From positions 7,424-71,423 of the IMG/VR virus record IMGVR_UViG_2935901341_000001: DNA of 64,000 nucleotides, one strand, 5' to 3'. Numbering within the stretch: position 1 is the first letter of the stretch; each line of letters opens with the position of its first letter. The position numbers and the translations under genes are program-made. This document shows, piece by piece, positions 28,013-38,105 of the stretch. The notes under the pieces were generated by a model. That model was not told the DNA's origin, did not search any database, and saw nothing but the letters and a program-made list of their open reading frames with translations. Source of the stretch: a virus.

Positions 28013-28359
28013 CAACCGCCTATCATCAGCTTCATGCGAACCAGTACGTTGCGCATCTTGTAGCGTTTCGGCAATTCGACGTTCCGTTCCTTGCTGTCGA
28101 CCACGATTTTGTCGCCCTTCACGATCGGCAAGAAGCCTCCAACATGCGTAGGGCTGATGATCACGTTCGAGAACGTGCTGTCGATGCTGCCGGCAAGTTC
28201 CTCCGCCTCGAGGGGGCGGACGAAAGCCGGAATGGAGACTTCAATTTTCGGCCGGGGATTGCCGGTCGGAGCCGTATAGCGACGAAGAATGACAATCTCT
28301 CCGGACTCGTCGAGTGTTCGATCAAGCTCAGCGATCGCTTCCGCGGGCGTGATCATCAT
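28012..28359 (-). CDS. Head-closure / head-tail joining protein
   Basis: ESGEIVILRR...KGDKIVVD; position. Confidence 0.65.
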   Translation of the reverse strand: MMITPAEAIAELDRTLDESGEIVILRRYTAPTGNPRPKIEVSIPAFVRPLEAEELAGSIDSTFSNVIISPTHVGGFLPIVKGDKIVVDSKERNVELPKRYKMRNVLVRMKLMIGG

Positions 28360-29006
28360 GCGATCAGCACATTTCGATAGAGCGCCAGGCGGGCCAGGAG
28401 ATCCGGCGGTACCGGCGAAAGCTCGGTGCCGGGAATCGCCCCAACCCAGAAATCGAGCTTGCGGGTCTGAACATCCGGCACTTCGATGCTTTCCGACTTC
28501 ACGAGCGGGTCGCGAGAGCTGGAAGACAGCCTCAAACGAGCGAGATCGGCGGCGATCGCGACCAGATCGGGGGGAACGTCAGCCAGACCCGCGACATATG
28601 TCACCTCGATCGTGCCGTTCTGCCAGCGCCACGGGCGGCCGCCATTCACTCGCGTGAGGATCCCGGCGCCGCGGTTGATGAAAAAATCGCTGCTGATGAC
28701 CGCCGACGAAAGCTCCGTGACGGTCGCGGACACGATAAACCGGCGTGACAGCAGTATTTCGCCGTCGCAGTGCTCGTTCCAGATCGTCTCGACGATGGTT
28801 TCGGCCTTCAACGACGGGACATTGATGCCATCGGAGGCGACATTGCAGGCTATCGCGAGTTCAGCCGAGATCTGCAGGCCGAGTTGGGTAAGCTTGGCAT
28901 CTTGCGACGTGTCGCCGTCATCTAGACCGGCTGCCTCCCGCAATTGCGGCAAGGTGAGCAAGGAAGGGCTTGCCGTCGGCACGGTAACGGTGAAGTTCTG
29001 GCGCAT
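28356..29006 (-). CDS. Head-tail connector (gp6-like adaptor)
   Basis: LLTLPQLR...IEVTYVAGLADVPPDL. Confidence 0.75.
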   Translation of the reverse strand: MRQNFTVTVPTASPSLLTLPQLREAAGLDDGDTSQDAKLTQLGLQISAELAIACNVASDGINVPSLKAETIVETIWNEHCDGEILLSRRFIVSATVTELSSAVISSDFFINRGAGILTRVNGGRPWRWQNGTIEVTYVAGLADVPPDLVAIAADLARLRLSSSSRDPLVKSESIEVPDVQTRKLDFWVGAIPGTELSPVPPDLLARLALYRNVLIA

Positions 29007-29057
29007 CGGAGCCCTTCCAGCGGAAAATTGGGCGGCATCGAAATGCCGCCCTGTCGG

Positions 29058-29777
29058 TTACTTGGCCTTCGGCTTGAGCGCCTCGATGTAGTCGGCCTTG
29101 GTATTTGCCTCGGAAAGATCGACGCCGATTTCCTTGGCATACGCTTCCAGGTCGGCCTTGTTCATCGTGTTGAGCTCGGCTTCCGATTTCTTGTCCGACT
29201 TCGACACATCCGGGAGGGGATCCCCGAACTGGTTGGTCGCCTTGTTCTCGCCGCTCACGTTGGCGCCTCCCTTGTTCGCTGCGTCCTGCTGCTGGGCCGC
29301 GGCATCGGCTTGGACCTGCTGCTGCTGGACAGAGGCGGCTGCGGACGGCGGAGTTGCCTGGCCGGGCGCGGAAAGGGGCTGCTCGAAGACGCCGGAGTTC
29401 GGATCGACGGCGGTGATGGCGGGCGCGCCTTCGAATTCGCGCAGCATCTGAGACTTGGCTTCGGAGATGAGAACTGCGTGGACCATGTTGCCGGAGAACG
29501 GCGTGCCACTGCGCGCGATGATCGCCTTAAGATCCTCGTCGGACGCAGCGCTGAGACGCTTATCGAGCGCATCGATGATGCGGCGGTTCAGCTCTTCGTC
29601 TGCAGGCGTGGCGGTATTGCTGGTTGCGGCTTCAATGAAACCGGCATCCTTCAGCCCCTGAAAAGTCGTGTCCTGGACCGTGTAGCCGGCCGGCGGGAAG
29701 TCGTCACCAGCCTTGAGATGCAAGAAATTTGCCCCATCGAACGCGAATGGGAAGCTCTGCTTCACTGTGCCTTTCAT
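29058..29777 (-). CDS. Head-region protein with C-terminal HeH/Rho-N-like motif
   Basis: MNKADLEAYAKEIGVDLSEANTKADYIEAL; A/Q-rich linker. Confidence 0.7.
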   Translation of the reverse strand: MKGTVKQSFPFAFDGANFLHLKAGDDFPPAGYTVQDTTFQGLKDAGFIEAATSNTATPADEELNRRIIDALDKRLSAASDEDLKAIIARSGTPFSGNMVHAVLISEAKSQMLREFEGAPAITAVDPNSGVFEQPLSAPGQATPPSAAASVQQQQVQADAAAQQQDAANKGGANVSGENKATNQFGDPLPDVSKSDKKSEAELNTMNKADLEAYAKEIGVDLSEANTKADYIEALKPKAK

Positions 29778-29866
29778 GGCGGAAGTCCTTCTGAATTTGT
29801 GGTGGAGGAAACCGACGCACCAGCGCGTCGGCGTTTTTCATCCGCCCTCGGTGCCCCCGACGTTGA

Positions 29867-30292
29867 TTAGGCCGGCGGGTTTGCCGTCGGCCGGAGGTTC
29901 TGCTTGCCCATGATCCAGACCGCAGATAGGAACACGTTGCCGGTATTGCCGGTCGGCGTGATCGTTGCACGGACATACTGCTTGCCGCCCGTGTAGCCGA
30001 TCTTGCGGATGCCGTTGTCGGCGGCAAAAGTGAAGCCTGCGAGCGTGAGGCTGCCGTTCATCTGGTCGGCCGGTACCGCCGCTGCGTCAGACAGGTTCGC
30101 AGCATCGCCGTGCTCCATTGTCACGGCAAATGTCGCATCAGCGTCGGCGATGTCACCGAGGATGATGGCGAGCGCCACAGCTTCCGCACCGAGACGATTG
30201 AGGATCTGCGAAACAAAAGGGGTATTGTCGGCGACTGCAGCGGCCGGGGAAATCGCCCGCTTCAGGTCGATGTTATTGATCAGGTCCCTCAT
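29867..30292 (-). CDS. Putative capsid decoration protein
   Basis: Beta-rich 141 aa directly after the capsid gene. Confidence 0.65.
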   Translation of the reverse strand: MRDLINNIDLKRAISPAAAVADNTPFVSQILNRLGAEAVALAIILGDIADADATFAVTMEHGDAANLSDAAAVPADQMNGSLTLAGFTFAADNGIRKIGYTGGKQYVRATITPTGNTGNVFLSAVWIMGKQNLRPTANPPA

Positions 30293-30380
30293 GGGAGCCT
30301 CCGTGAAGACCGGCGCGCTGCGCGCTGAAACCGGGTGATGTCAGGAAATGGCGCGGCCGAAGCCGCGCCGAGCGAAGCGA

Positions 30381-31760
30381 TTAGGCCGAGACCACCTGCA
30401 GGGCGTAGGCCTCAAAGTCGACGACGTCGCCGCCGACACGCTGGCGCGTGTAGAACTCGACGAAGGGCTTCGAGGAATACGGGTCGCGCAGGGTGCGGAT
30501 GCCGAGGCGATCGACGACGGTATAACCGGCGCGGAAGTCGCCGAACGCCACCGGCAGCGCGCCGGCGCCGACGGACGGCATGTCGTCGGCGCGGCGGATG
30601 CTGTAACCGAGCAGGACCGAGGGCTTGCCAGCTTCGAGGCCCGGGCGCCAGATGTACTGGCCCTGGTTGTCCTTGAAGAGCATGACGGCCCCGACGGTGC
30701 CGCGCTTCATCAACCAGTTCGCGTTGGCCAGGTACTTGTCCTTCAGCGAGAAGGTCATCGTAACCAGGCCATCCGGCGTAAGCGTCGTTGCGTTACCGGA
30801 TGCCACCTGGGCGATGGTGCCACGCACGCCGGCCGAGCCGGCCGGATAGGTCAAGATGCCGCGCGGCTTCTTGATGCCATTGCCCGAGATGAATGCCAGA
30901 GCGCGCATGCGGGCGAACTTTTCCGAAACCTTCCGCTCGAGCCATGCTTCGATATCGATGCCGGCATCTTCGAGCAGTTGCTGCGTTGCCTTCGGCTTCG
31001 CATAGATCTCGAAGACCGGAATGCGCTGCACGCCGACTTGCGGGGTGGATGTTTCGGGACGCGCGTCCGTCTCACCTACCCAGCCGGCGCCGGCTTCGTC
31101 GGTGTCGACCGCGATTTCGATCGCATCCGTCGTAATGGTCTCGTGATAGGCGAGCTCATCGAGAGGCGACGTTTCGTAGATCTTGGTGATGATCCGCGAG
31201 CTGGTCGCCGTCGGCGTCAGATAGCCGCCGTCCGGGTCAGAGCCGACCAGCATTGCCTTCTGCTCTTCGAGGGAGAGCATGTTCACCTCGCGGCGAAGCG
31301 ACATTTTGAAGGCGTCTTGGTAGGCCTTGTACTCTTCGACGTTGGTGTCTTCGGGCTTCAGGCTGGTGTTGAGCTTCAGCTCGCCACGACGTGACATCGC
31401 AGTGCGCTTGAACTCGGTCGCTTCCAGGATCAGCTTGCCCTGGTCTCCGCCGTTGCCGCCGCCTGGACGGTTCAGCTTCTTTTCGATTTCGAGGATCGCT
31501 TTGGCCTCGGTTTCGGCCTTTGCGAGAATCTCGGCGACCTTCTTCTCGATGGCCTCGTGCTTCGCTTCTACGCCGCGGGTCAGGGCCTCGAGATCGGACT
31601 TCAGCTGTGTTCCGTCGCCGGCCGATTTACCGGCCTTTTCGGCCAGTTCGCGGACTTCCTTCAGGTCCTTTTCCATGCTGGTCTGAAGCGACTTATAGTC
31701 CTCGCCGACGCGCTTCACCTCGCGCTGGACATCGTCCAGCACGTCCTTGATATCGGGCAT
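30381..31760 (-). CDS. Major capsid protein, HK97 fold
   Basis: Coiled-coil delta domain; DPDGGYL, EAGAGWVGE, LLGY, AFGDF, RVGGDV. Confidence 0.96.
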   Translation of the reverse strand: MPDIKDVLDDVQREVKRVGEDYKSLQTSMEKDLKEVRELAEKAGKSAGDGTQLKSDLEALTRGVEAKHEAIEKKVAEILAKAETEAKAILEIEKKLNRPGGGNGGDQGKLILEATEFKRTAMSRRGELKLNTSLKPEDTNVEEYKAYQDAFKMSLRREVNMLSLEEQKAMLVGSDPDGGYLTPTATSSRIITKIYETSPLDELAYHETITTDAIEIAVDTDEAGAGWVGETDARPETSTPQVGVQRIPVFEIYAKPKATQQLLEDAGIDIEAWLERKVSEKFARMRALAFISGNGIKKPRGILTYPAGSAGVRGTIAQVASGNATTLTPDGLVTMTFSLKDKYLANANWLMKRGTVGAVMLFKDNQGQYIWRPGLEAGKPSVLLGYSIRRADDMPSVGAGALPVAFGDFRAGYTVVDRLGIRTLRDPYSSKPFVEFYTRQRVGGDVVDFEAYALQVVSA

Positions 31761-31785
31761 AGCGCCCTCCGTTATGAGATGTTGG

Positions 31786-32484
31786 TCAACCCGCCCGGAG
31801 CTTCTTCAGCTCTTCGAGCAGTTCCACCGCCGCCTTCTCATCACAAGAGGACGTCGTGGGTTGGCCCTCAGCCTCACGCTGAAGGTGCTTCTTCACGATT
31901 GCGACGGCCTTCACGGCATCGTCACGTGAGAGAATGGTTTTCAGATCGCGCTCAAGATCGCGCGGATTGAGCAGATCGAGCGCCTTGACCTGGCCGATAA
32001 GCGCCTTGTCGTTGGATCCCCAAGTCACGATACTGACTTCTTTCAGGTCGATCTCGTGCAGGACGCGATACGGGTCCGTGGGCTTGGTGCCCATGGTGTA
32101 TTTCGTGGCGCGATAGCCGATGGAGAGGCCGTCCAGTTCACCGGCCTTCAGGCCTTCATAGATCATCTGGCCGCGATCGGTATTCAGTGCAAACAGCTCG
32201 CCCGAAACCTTCAGGCCCTTGCTGTTTTCCTCCATCGAGGTCCACTTGCCGATCGGCAGCATGTCTTCGACCGGGCCGTAAAAGCCGCCGTGCTGCAGCA
32301 GCATCTTCGGCAGCTTAGTCTTGCCTTCCCACTCGCGAAGAGTTGCTTTGAAAGCGCCCTTCTCGATTACGTCGCCGTGGGAATCGAGGTTGCCGAACAC
32401 CGCGCCGTAGCCGGAGAACGTGCCTTCCTTCGCTGAACCGCCCTCGAACTTGACCTCGATAAGCCCGGTTTCAAGATGATCCAT
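31786..32484 (-). CDS. HK97-family prohead protease
   Basis: FSGYGAVFGNLDSHGD, MLLQH, LSIGY, EVSIVT. Confidence 0.93.
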   Translation of the reverse strand: MDHLETGLIEVKFEGGSAKEGTFSGYGAVFGNLDSHGDVIEKGAFKATLREWEGKTKLPKMLLQHGGFYGPVEDMLPIGKWTSMEENSKGLKVSGELFALNTDRGQMIYEGLKAGELDGLSIGYRATKYTMGTKPTDPYRVLHEIDLKEVSIVTWGSNDKALIGQVKALDLLNPRDLERDLKTILSRDDAVKAVAIVKKHLQREAEGQPTTSSCDEKAAVELLEELKKLRAG

Positions 32485-32486
32485 GC

Positions 32487-33794
32487 CTATTCTCCAGGTG
32501 GCGGCAGCGCCGGCGTGGCCGGCGGCGTGAGAAGTATCGGTTTCCCGTTTTCGTCGATGGCGACCATGTTCGCCGGCACATAAAGGCGATCCCCGCCGGT
32601 GACTGGCGGGAGTTCGTCGAACCCCCGGATTTCGTTGGGTGTGAGCCAACCCGGGCTGCTCTTTCCAAGCGCAGTCGAATTGTATTCGCCCTTGTCCTTC
32701 ATGGCCGGGCTTAGGAAATCTGCGTCGACGAAACCGGTATAATACCCCTTCTGCCGCTGCTCTTTCTTCAGCAGGAAGAGGTCGCCGGAGCCGCCGAACC
32801 GGCGATGGATAGGCCGGATGCAGTGAACAAGATGGGCTAGAAACATCTGCTCGGCCGAGGCGAACGTCGCGTTCTTGTCGCCGGAAAAACCGATCATGAT
32901 CGGCATCACGCGGAGAACTTCGCAGATCCGCTCGACCTGGAATTTTCTGGTTTCGACGTGCTGCGAGTCCACGCCCGTCATCTGAATGGGAGAGAACTTG
33001 GCCGCACGGTCGACGACCATGATCTTGCCGGTGTTCTCAGCCCCGCCGAAATGGCGGCGCACCCACGCCGCAAGCTTCACGAGTCCGGCTTCTCCGATCG
33101 CCCCGTCGGTAGAAAGCACACCACTCGGCCGGGCGCCGTTGCGGTGGAACATCGCGTGGCTCTCTTCCGTCGCCAACGCAAGACCGATTGCCTCGGCCGC
33201 GTAGCGAACGATGTTGAGCCCCTCGATCGTGTCCCAGGACGGCCCTTTCACATGCCAAATCCGATCGCCAGGCACCGTTTCCGTGGTGCCGTCGATGCCT
33301 GTCAGCGTGTAGGTCCGCATGTAGTCCGAATTCACCTTGCAGACGACGCGGGAGGGATCCAGCAGGATCATCTCGACGATCTCGCCGCGCACCTTGTTGA
33401 GGAACGCGTAGGAGCGACCGGCCAAATCGACATGGAAGCTCTGCGTCTCCCGAAATTCGAGACTCGTCATCCACTCGTTCGGCGCAGTCGCCAACAGATC
33501 GTAGAGCGGTTGGTCGCGAGCTTCCTTGCGATCGACCACTGTCTTGCCGTTCACCGACTTCTCGGTTCGCTGGTAGAGCTTCCACGGTACCGTCGCGAGG
33601 CCATCGGCGCGGACGCGGCAGCAGGCAAGCACGGTCGTCACGCTGAGGGCGGACTTCCAGTTGACCGAAATGCCCGTCTTCGAGGTGGCGAATCCGCCGA
33701 AGAAATCGGCCCACATCTGGTCGACCAGACCGTAACGACTTTCTTCCTTCCGCTCACCGCCACCGCTGAAGAGCGAACCAAAGAAGCCCTTCAT
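32487..33794 (-). CDS. Portal protein, HK97 family
   Basis: IWHVKG, FHRNGARPSGVL, SQHVETRKFQVERIC, WLTPNEIRG. Confidence 0.95.
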   Translation of the reverse strand: MKGFFGSLFSGGGERKEESRYGLVDQMWADFFGGFATSKTGISVNWKSALSVTTVLACCRVRADGLATVPWKLYQRTEKSVNGKTVVDRKEARDQPLYDLLATAPNEWMTSLEFRETQSFHVDLAGRSYAFLNKVRGEIVEMILLDPSRVVCKVNSDYMRTYTLTGIDGTTETVPGDRIWHVKGPSWDTIEGLNIVRYAAEAIGLALATEESHAMFHRNGARPSGVLSTDGAIGEAGLVKLAAWVRRHFGGAENTGKIMVVDRAAKFSPIQMTGVDSQHVETRKFQVERICEVLRVMPIMIGFSGDKNATFASAEQMFLAHLVHCIRPIHRRFGGSGDLFLLKKEQRQKGYYTGFVDADFLSPAMKDKGEYNSTALGKSSPGWLTPNEIRGFDELPPVTGGDRLYVPANMVAIDENGKPILLTPPATPALPPPGE

Positions 33795-34006
33795 GCCTGC
33801 GACCTCGGCGCTGTCAGCAACGCAAAGGCGATCATGAGCACGCCGGCGACAATAAATCCGGCCGGCGCGAAGATCAGCCACGCGCCATAGGCGATAGCCC
33901 CGGCCCCGATAAGACCGATGCCGTCACGGAGAAGCGCCGGAACAAAGGCCGCAGCGATCAAAACAGCCAACCGCAGAACGCGACCGGCGAACCTAAGGAA
34001 GCGCAT
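33791..34006 (-). CDS. Small membrane protein between terL and portal
   Basis: 71 aa, mostly hydrophobic, coupled overlap with portal. Confidence 0.7.
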   Translation of the reverse strand: MRFLRFAGRVLRLAVLIAAAFVPALLRDGIGLIGAGAIAYGAWLIFAPAGFIVAGVLMIAFALLTAPRSQA

Positions 34007-34020
34007 ACGGTTGCTCCAAA

Positions 34021-35883
34021 TCAGAATGTGTTTGCCATTGCCTCGTCGAGGGCGGCCATTTCGGCTGCGATCTTGGCCTCGAGCGCGTCGAGATCCTCTT
34101 CGCTATCCCAGACGGACTGTTCGCCGGTTTCGCCGAGGTCGGCGGCGCCGGCAAGCATCGCCAAGACCGTCATGCCGTCGATGCGGCCACGCTGGTGCTT
34201 CTTGATGAAGAACCGATTGTTCTGGGCGTCCGGCTGGATCGCCGCGTTGCCGGAGCACCACTTGGTGATCGGGCTTTCGTCGATAACAATCCGACGCTGC
34301 AGGATTCGATCCTCGAATTTCTGCAGCGACCGCGGCATCCAGAGCGCCTTCTTCGACTGCATGCCGAGGCGCCCCTGCCCGTGGATGATGATCTTCAGGC
34401 CAGAGCCGATCTCACCTTCCGGCTCCCAGACCCACGTTTCCAGGCCGACGTTGTCGCATGCCTTGCGGAAGTCGGTCAGGAACGCCGGGTCAACGACCAT
34501 CGCGGCGACGTTGCGCTGCGCGCGGACGCGCTGAATCAAAACGGCGATGAATTCGTATTCGATCGACCGGCCAGGTACCAGATTGAGGAGCGGCGGGATG
34601 GCCGCCGCCCACTCGACATACTGGGCGTGATCTTCTTCGGCCTTTTCCTTCAGCTTCTCAGCCGGCTTCCAATATTGCACCGCCGCGTGCAGAACGTCAT
34701 CGCTGTCCACCCAGCCGATGCCCAGCGCCGTTAAGTCGTTCTTTTTCGACAGATCGAGGCTGAGGAAAACGTCGGCGTCGTCGGCATCGGCGATATCGAC
34801 ACTGCCCTGCACCGCTTCCCAGAAATCGAGATCGATCCAGTATTCAGACGACCCGACCGGCACGCCGAAGTAAAGGCGCTCTGTGCTCAAGCGCATGCCG
34901 ACCGAGTTGCGGGCCGAGTTGACCTCGATCCTGACGTTCTCGACCGGGAACGTGATGCCGAGGCACGGCATCGATTTCTTCCAGCAGCTCTCGTCTTCGA
35001 ACGGCTTATCGTTCGGGTCGACGCGAGCGATGAAGGCGAACGCGGAATCGTCTACCGCCTCACCGCGCAGGATGCGCTGGTGGAGCTGGCTCCATTCCGT
35101 CGCGACCGGCTGATCCGCTGCCGGCGTGTTCGTCGACATCCACAGTAGGAAATCGCCCGGCATTTTGGCGCCGGCGGATTTCCATGTCTTCAGGGCGCCG
35201 TCCGATTTCCACTCGTGGATCTCATCGGCCGCCACATAGGACGGACGCGGGCCGTTGACCTTCTCGTCACCAGCGAGTGAGCGGAACTTCGATCCGCTCT
35301 CCGGATGCTCGAGCATCCAAATCATGTCGCCGGTTCCGCGCGTCAAAATCGTGCCGCGCGAGACGAGACTTTCGCCGTCGAACTCCGCCTCCGGCATTTC
35401 CGCCAGCGCCATCGCCGCAGCGTCGCCGAACAAGACGTTCGCCTGGTTCCGGTCCTTCGCGATCGCATAGCACTCAGCGCGCGGGATGCCTCGAAAGCCC
35501 ATCGTGTAGAGACCTAGCGCCGCGGCGACCGGCGATTTGATCTGGCCCTTTCCGGCTTCGATCCATGCCGTTCTGTACCGGAGACGGTTGCTGTCCTTTC
35601 GGTACCAGCCGTAGAGCGAGCCGACGACGAACGTCGTGTAGCTCGGCAGGTGGAACGGCTCTCCGGCCTTCGCTCCTGCTGTGACCGTGAGGCAAGACGG
35701 GAAAAAGCCCAGAGCTTTCCTGGCGGCTTCAGGCCGCCATTCAAGGCCGCGTTCGTGGCAGGTTTTCAGATCGTTCAGATGCCGCTGGCAAGCCAGTCGG
35801 CCGAAATGTCCGGACGTGACCCAACCGTCGACGACTTCCTGAGCCCAGAATGTGACGGGATCACTTGCTTCCAAGGTAGTCAT
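34021..35883 (-). CDS. terL: Terminase large subunit
   Basis: Walker A variant AGKGQIKS, Walker B AADEIHE, nuclease LDLSKKND and GRIDG. Confidence 0.95.
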   Translation of the reverse strand: MTTLEASDPVTFWAQEVVDGWVTSGHFGRLACQRHLNDLKTCHERGLEWRPEAARKALGFFPSCLTVTAGAKAGEPFHLPSYTTFVVGSLYGWYRKDSNRLRYRTAWIEAGKGQIKSPVAAALGLYTMGFRGIPRAECYAIAKDRNQANVLFGDAAAMALAEMPEAEFDGESLVSRGTILTRGTGDMIWMLEHPESGSKFRSLAGDEKVNGPRPSYVAADEIHEWKSDGALKTWKSAGAKMPGDFLLWMSTNTPAADQPVATEWSQLHQRILRGEAVDDSAFAFIARVDPNDKPFEDESCWKKSMPCLGITFPVENVRIEVNSARNSVGMRLSTERLYFGVPVGSSEYWIDLDFWEAVQGSVDIADADDADVFLSLDLSKKNDLTALGIGWVDSDDVLHAAVQYWKPAEKLKEKAEEDHAQYVEWAAAIPPLLNLVPGRSIEYEFIAVLIQRVRAQRNVAAMVVDPAFLTDFRKACDNVGLETWVWEPEGEIGSGLKIIIHGQGRLGMQSKKALWMPRSLQKFEDRILQRRIVIDESPITKWCSGNAAIQPDAQNNRFFIKKHQRGRIDGMTVLAMLAGAADLGETGEQSVWDSEEDLDALEAKIAAEMAALDEAMANTF

Positions 35884-36349
35884 CGGCGGCGCGCTTCTTC
35901 CTTCCGGATCTTGGCGGCGCCTTCTCGGCTCGGCCGCGCTCGGTCGGCGGGATGCCGAGTTCGCGCTCGGCGGCCATCACCCGCTTCATCGCGGCGTCGG
36001 CGATCGCCTTGTAGGGGTTGTGCATCATAACTTTCGTCTTCGGTGCTGGCGTCATGACGCCGTAGCGGGCGACGTGCGCCTCAGCCAATTTCCAGTCAGC
36101 GTAGGCGCCGGCCGCCATTTCGATCAGCACGTCATTGTCGACGTCCAAAAGCCCTTTTCGAGCAAGGCTTTGCGTGAGAGTCTTCCAGCGTTCGCTTGCG
36201 ATCTTCGCGCGACGCTTGCCCCATTCCTTCACGTTGATGGTCATAAGCCAGTTCGGCTCATCGATTTCGACGTCCGGCACTTCGGCGCCGGGGAACGGGC
36301 CCGGCACCACATTCGATGCCGGGGTAGGATTCGGTTTTCTGCCTCTCAT
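35861..36349 (-). CDS. terS: Terminase small subunit, P27 family
   Basis: MRGRKP...HNPYKAIA...ELGIPPTER. Confidence 0.9.
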   Translation of the reverse strand: MRGRKPNPTPASNVVPGPFPGAEVPDVEIDEPNWLMTINVKEWGKRRAKIASERWKTLTQSLARKGLLDVDNDVLIEMAAGAYADWKLAEAHVARYGVMTPAPKTKVMMHNPYKAIADAAMKRVMAAERELGIPPTERGRAEKAPPRSGRKKRAADDYLGSK

Positions 36350-36478
36350 GGGACTCAAGCTACTCGGCAGCAAGGCCGGCTATGGTTTATCGGAGTACAG
36401 GCTTTCCGAAGAGTATCTGTTGCGAGATCCTCGTCTGGCATGGTCTGTTACTTCGTCGTCAAAAAAGAGGAATCGACT

Positions 36479-36685
36479 ATGTCCACGCGCTCGCAACTCA
36501 GTTGGAACGACTTAGCCATGTTCGAAATCGACGACGATGCGCGCCTGTACTGGAAGGGCGAAGCTGTCGTGCTTGAGAAAAGGCTCAAGTTGGAGGCCTA
36601 TCAAGTCTGGCTCGCAAGCCTCGCAACGTTCGGGACACTGTTGTCCGGTATTCACCCTTTCGGCCAGTCGTTCGGCTGGTGGTGA
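36479..36685 (+). CDS. Small cargo protein with C-terminal TM, antisense to the late operon
   Basis: GAGG RBS; FEIDDDARLYWKGEAV plus hydrophobic tail. Confidence 0.65.
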   Translation: MSTRSQLSWNDLAMFEIDDDARLYWKGEAVVLEKRLKLEAYQVWLASLATFGTLLSGIHPFGQSFGWW

Positions 36686-36987
36686 CGAACGAACGGCGAA
36701 GATCTGTGGCTGCCCCTTAAGGCGCGGCCTAAATAGCCTCCTGAGGCTGCTCGATACCATTTGTCGAAGGCATCATGGACTTTCCTTAGATCAGCCTCGA
36801 GCTGTTCTCGGCTTTTGTTGCCGTCCATGTCGTTGGTGCCGAACGTCTCGTAACTGAGCTCCCAAGCCGTTGGATACGCGATAGCTTTGCCGGCCTCGAT
36901 CCATTCATTATAGGCCGCGCGGACCTGGTCCTGCGTCTGTGTCGGGCCTTGTTTCGTCGGCAGTGGGAATTCGAAGCGCGTCCTCAT
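36652..36987 (-). CDS. Hypothetical protein between the cos-like region and terS
   Basis: ORF of about 111 aa with plausible composition. Confidence 0.45.
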   Translation of the reverse strand: MRTRFEFPLPTKQGPTQTQDQVRAAYNEWIEAGKAIAYPTAWELSYETFGTNDMDGNKSREQLEADLRKVHDAFDKWYRAASGGYLGRALRGSHRSSPFVRHHQPNDWPKG

Positions 36988-37009
36988 GACCACCTCAATT
37001 ATGAGTCCG

Positions 37010-37115
37010 AATTTCAAGAAAGGGGGGTCGTCTATTTTGCTCTCACTGCGAACGAAGGCCCCGGACGGTGGCGCCCCCACCCGCTCCAGACATTCGACCG
37101 CCCCCCGGGGGCTAT
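37010..37115 (-). other. cos-like packaging region of the main prophage
   Basis: CCCCCGGGGGGCGGTCGAA...ACCGTCCGGGGCCTTCGTTCGCA...AAAAT between HNH and terS, as in HNH/P27-TerS cos phages. Confidence 0.5.
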
Positions 37116-37363
37116 CGGCGAGGCGGCGGCGCTCGATCTGGGTTTGGGTGGAGGTCTTGACCGATGACCACTGAAACGCGCTGGTTCACTTCAAGCGCTT
37201 CCGCTGCCCTATCCAAATCCGTTGCACGGGCGTCGAGCACGTTGGCCTTGCTGCTGTAAGAAGCAGCTTCAGCCAGCAGGGCTAACGCTGCGCCCCTGTT
37301 CTTGTCTGCAAGCTCGCGATCTGCGTTCGCCTGCTGGCGCAGATGGATAATCGCTTCGTTCAA
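37112..37363 (-). CDS. Small coiled-coil hypothetical protein
   Basis: TTG start with AGGAG RBS, coupled to the HNH gene. Confidence 0.6.
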   Translation of the reverse strand: MNEAIIHLRQQANADRELADKNRGAALALLAEAASYSSKANVLDARATDLDRAAEALEVNQRVSVVIGQDLHPNPDRAPPPRR

Positions 37364-37689
37364 GGCTTGCTCCTATGCCAAGGGTGGCGAGGGTCGAGGG
37401 GCGCACCGTCCACAGTGCAGCCTTGCACCACGACATTGCCACCACGTCGACGAGCTCCGCCGCGTTGCTCTTTCACCTGCCTGTCATGATGGCCGCAGAA
37501 TGTGCGCGTGTTGCCGATCACGTCTAGCGCCGTTGGATGATCCACATTCGGGCGGGTGACGATGTGGTCACAGACAAGGCGGTCAGTCCGACCACAGCCA
37601 GGCACAACGCAGCGCCAGCCGTCGCGCTCATGGGTGGCGCGCTTGAGCGCCTTCCAATGAGGGGAATCATAATACCGATTGCGGGCCAA
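37360..37689 (-). CDS. HNH endonuclease (packaging-associated)
   Basis: YDSPHWKALK...RDGWRC..C...DHI...GN...C..H; GC..DG.PLDP.HPW end; start estimated. Confidence 0.85.
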   Translation of the reverse strand: MARNRYYDSPHWKALKRATHERDGWRCVVPGCGRTDRLVCDHIVTRPNVDHPTALDVIGNTRTFCGHHDRQVKEQRGGARRRGGNVVVQGCTVDGAPLDPRHPWHRSKP

Positions 37690-37823
37690 TGGCAGCACCT
37701 GCGATATGTCCGCAAAACCCGGAACGATTGAAGAACAAAATTCCTGTTGGTTGCAAGCGGCTCGACATGTGCATAATGCGGCAGCAAGGCAGCACCAAAT
37801 TCCTTTTGGTGAAAGGTGCGCCA

Positions 37824-37945
37824 TGCAATCCGACAGTCTCACGATTTCCGTTCTCGGAATGAACGCCACAGCGAGCGGGCAATTCGCCATTGTCGCCCTG
37901 GTGGCGATATTCGCGACCGTGGCACTGCTGAGACTTCGGAAATGA
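37824..37945 (+). CDS. Possible 40-aa membrane peptide
   Basis: MQSDSLTISVLGMNATASGQFAIVALVAIFATVALLRLRK. Confidence 0.4.
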
Positions 37946-38105
37946 AAAGGCGGCCAACCCGGAAGGGCGACCGCCTGTCGATAGACGCAAATCAAGCATC
38001 CGCAGCGATATGACTCGTTAGCTCGATTTCTGTCAACACCCCCTGCTCAAGCTGAACGCCATCTTCAAGCCCTCAGCCTGTCACCGGATTACCTACCTCA
38101 AACCC

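Noticed and set aside
30348-31394. 348-aa plus-strand ORF
   Set aside because: Antisense to the clearly identified major capsid gene.
35852-36478. N-terminal 209 codons of the 277-aa plus-strand ORF
   Set aside because: Overlaps terS antisense; only the last 68 codons have an RBS and a plausible protein.
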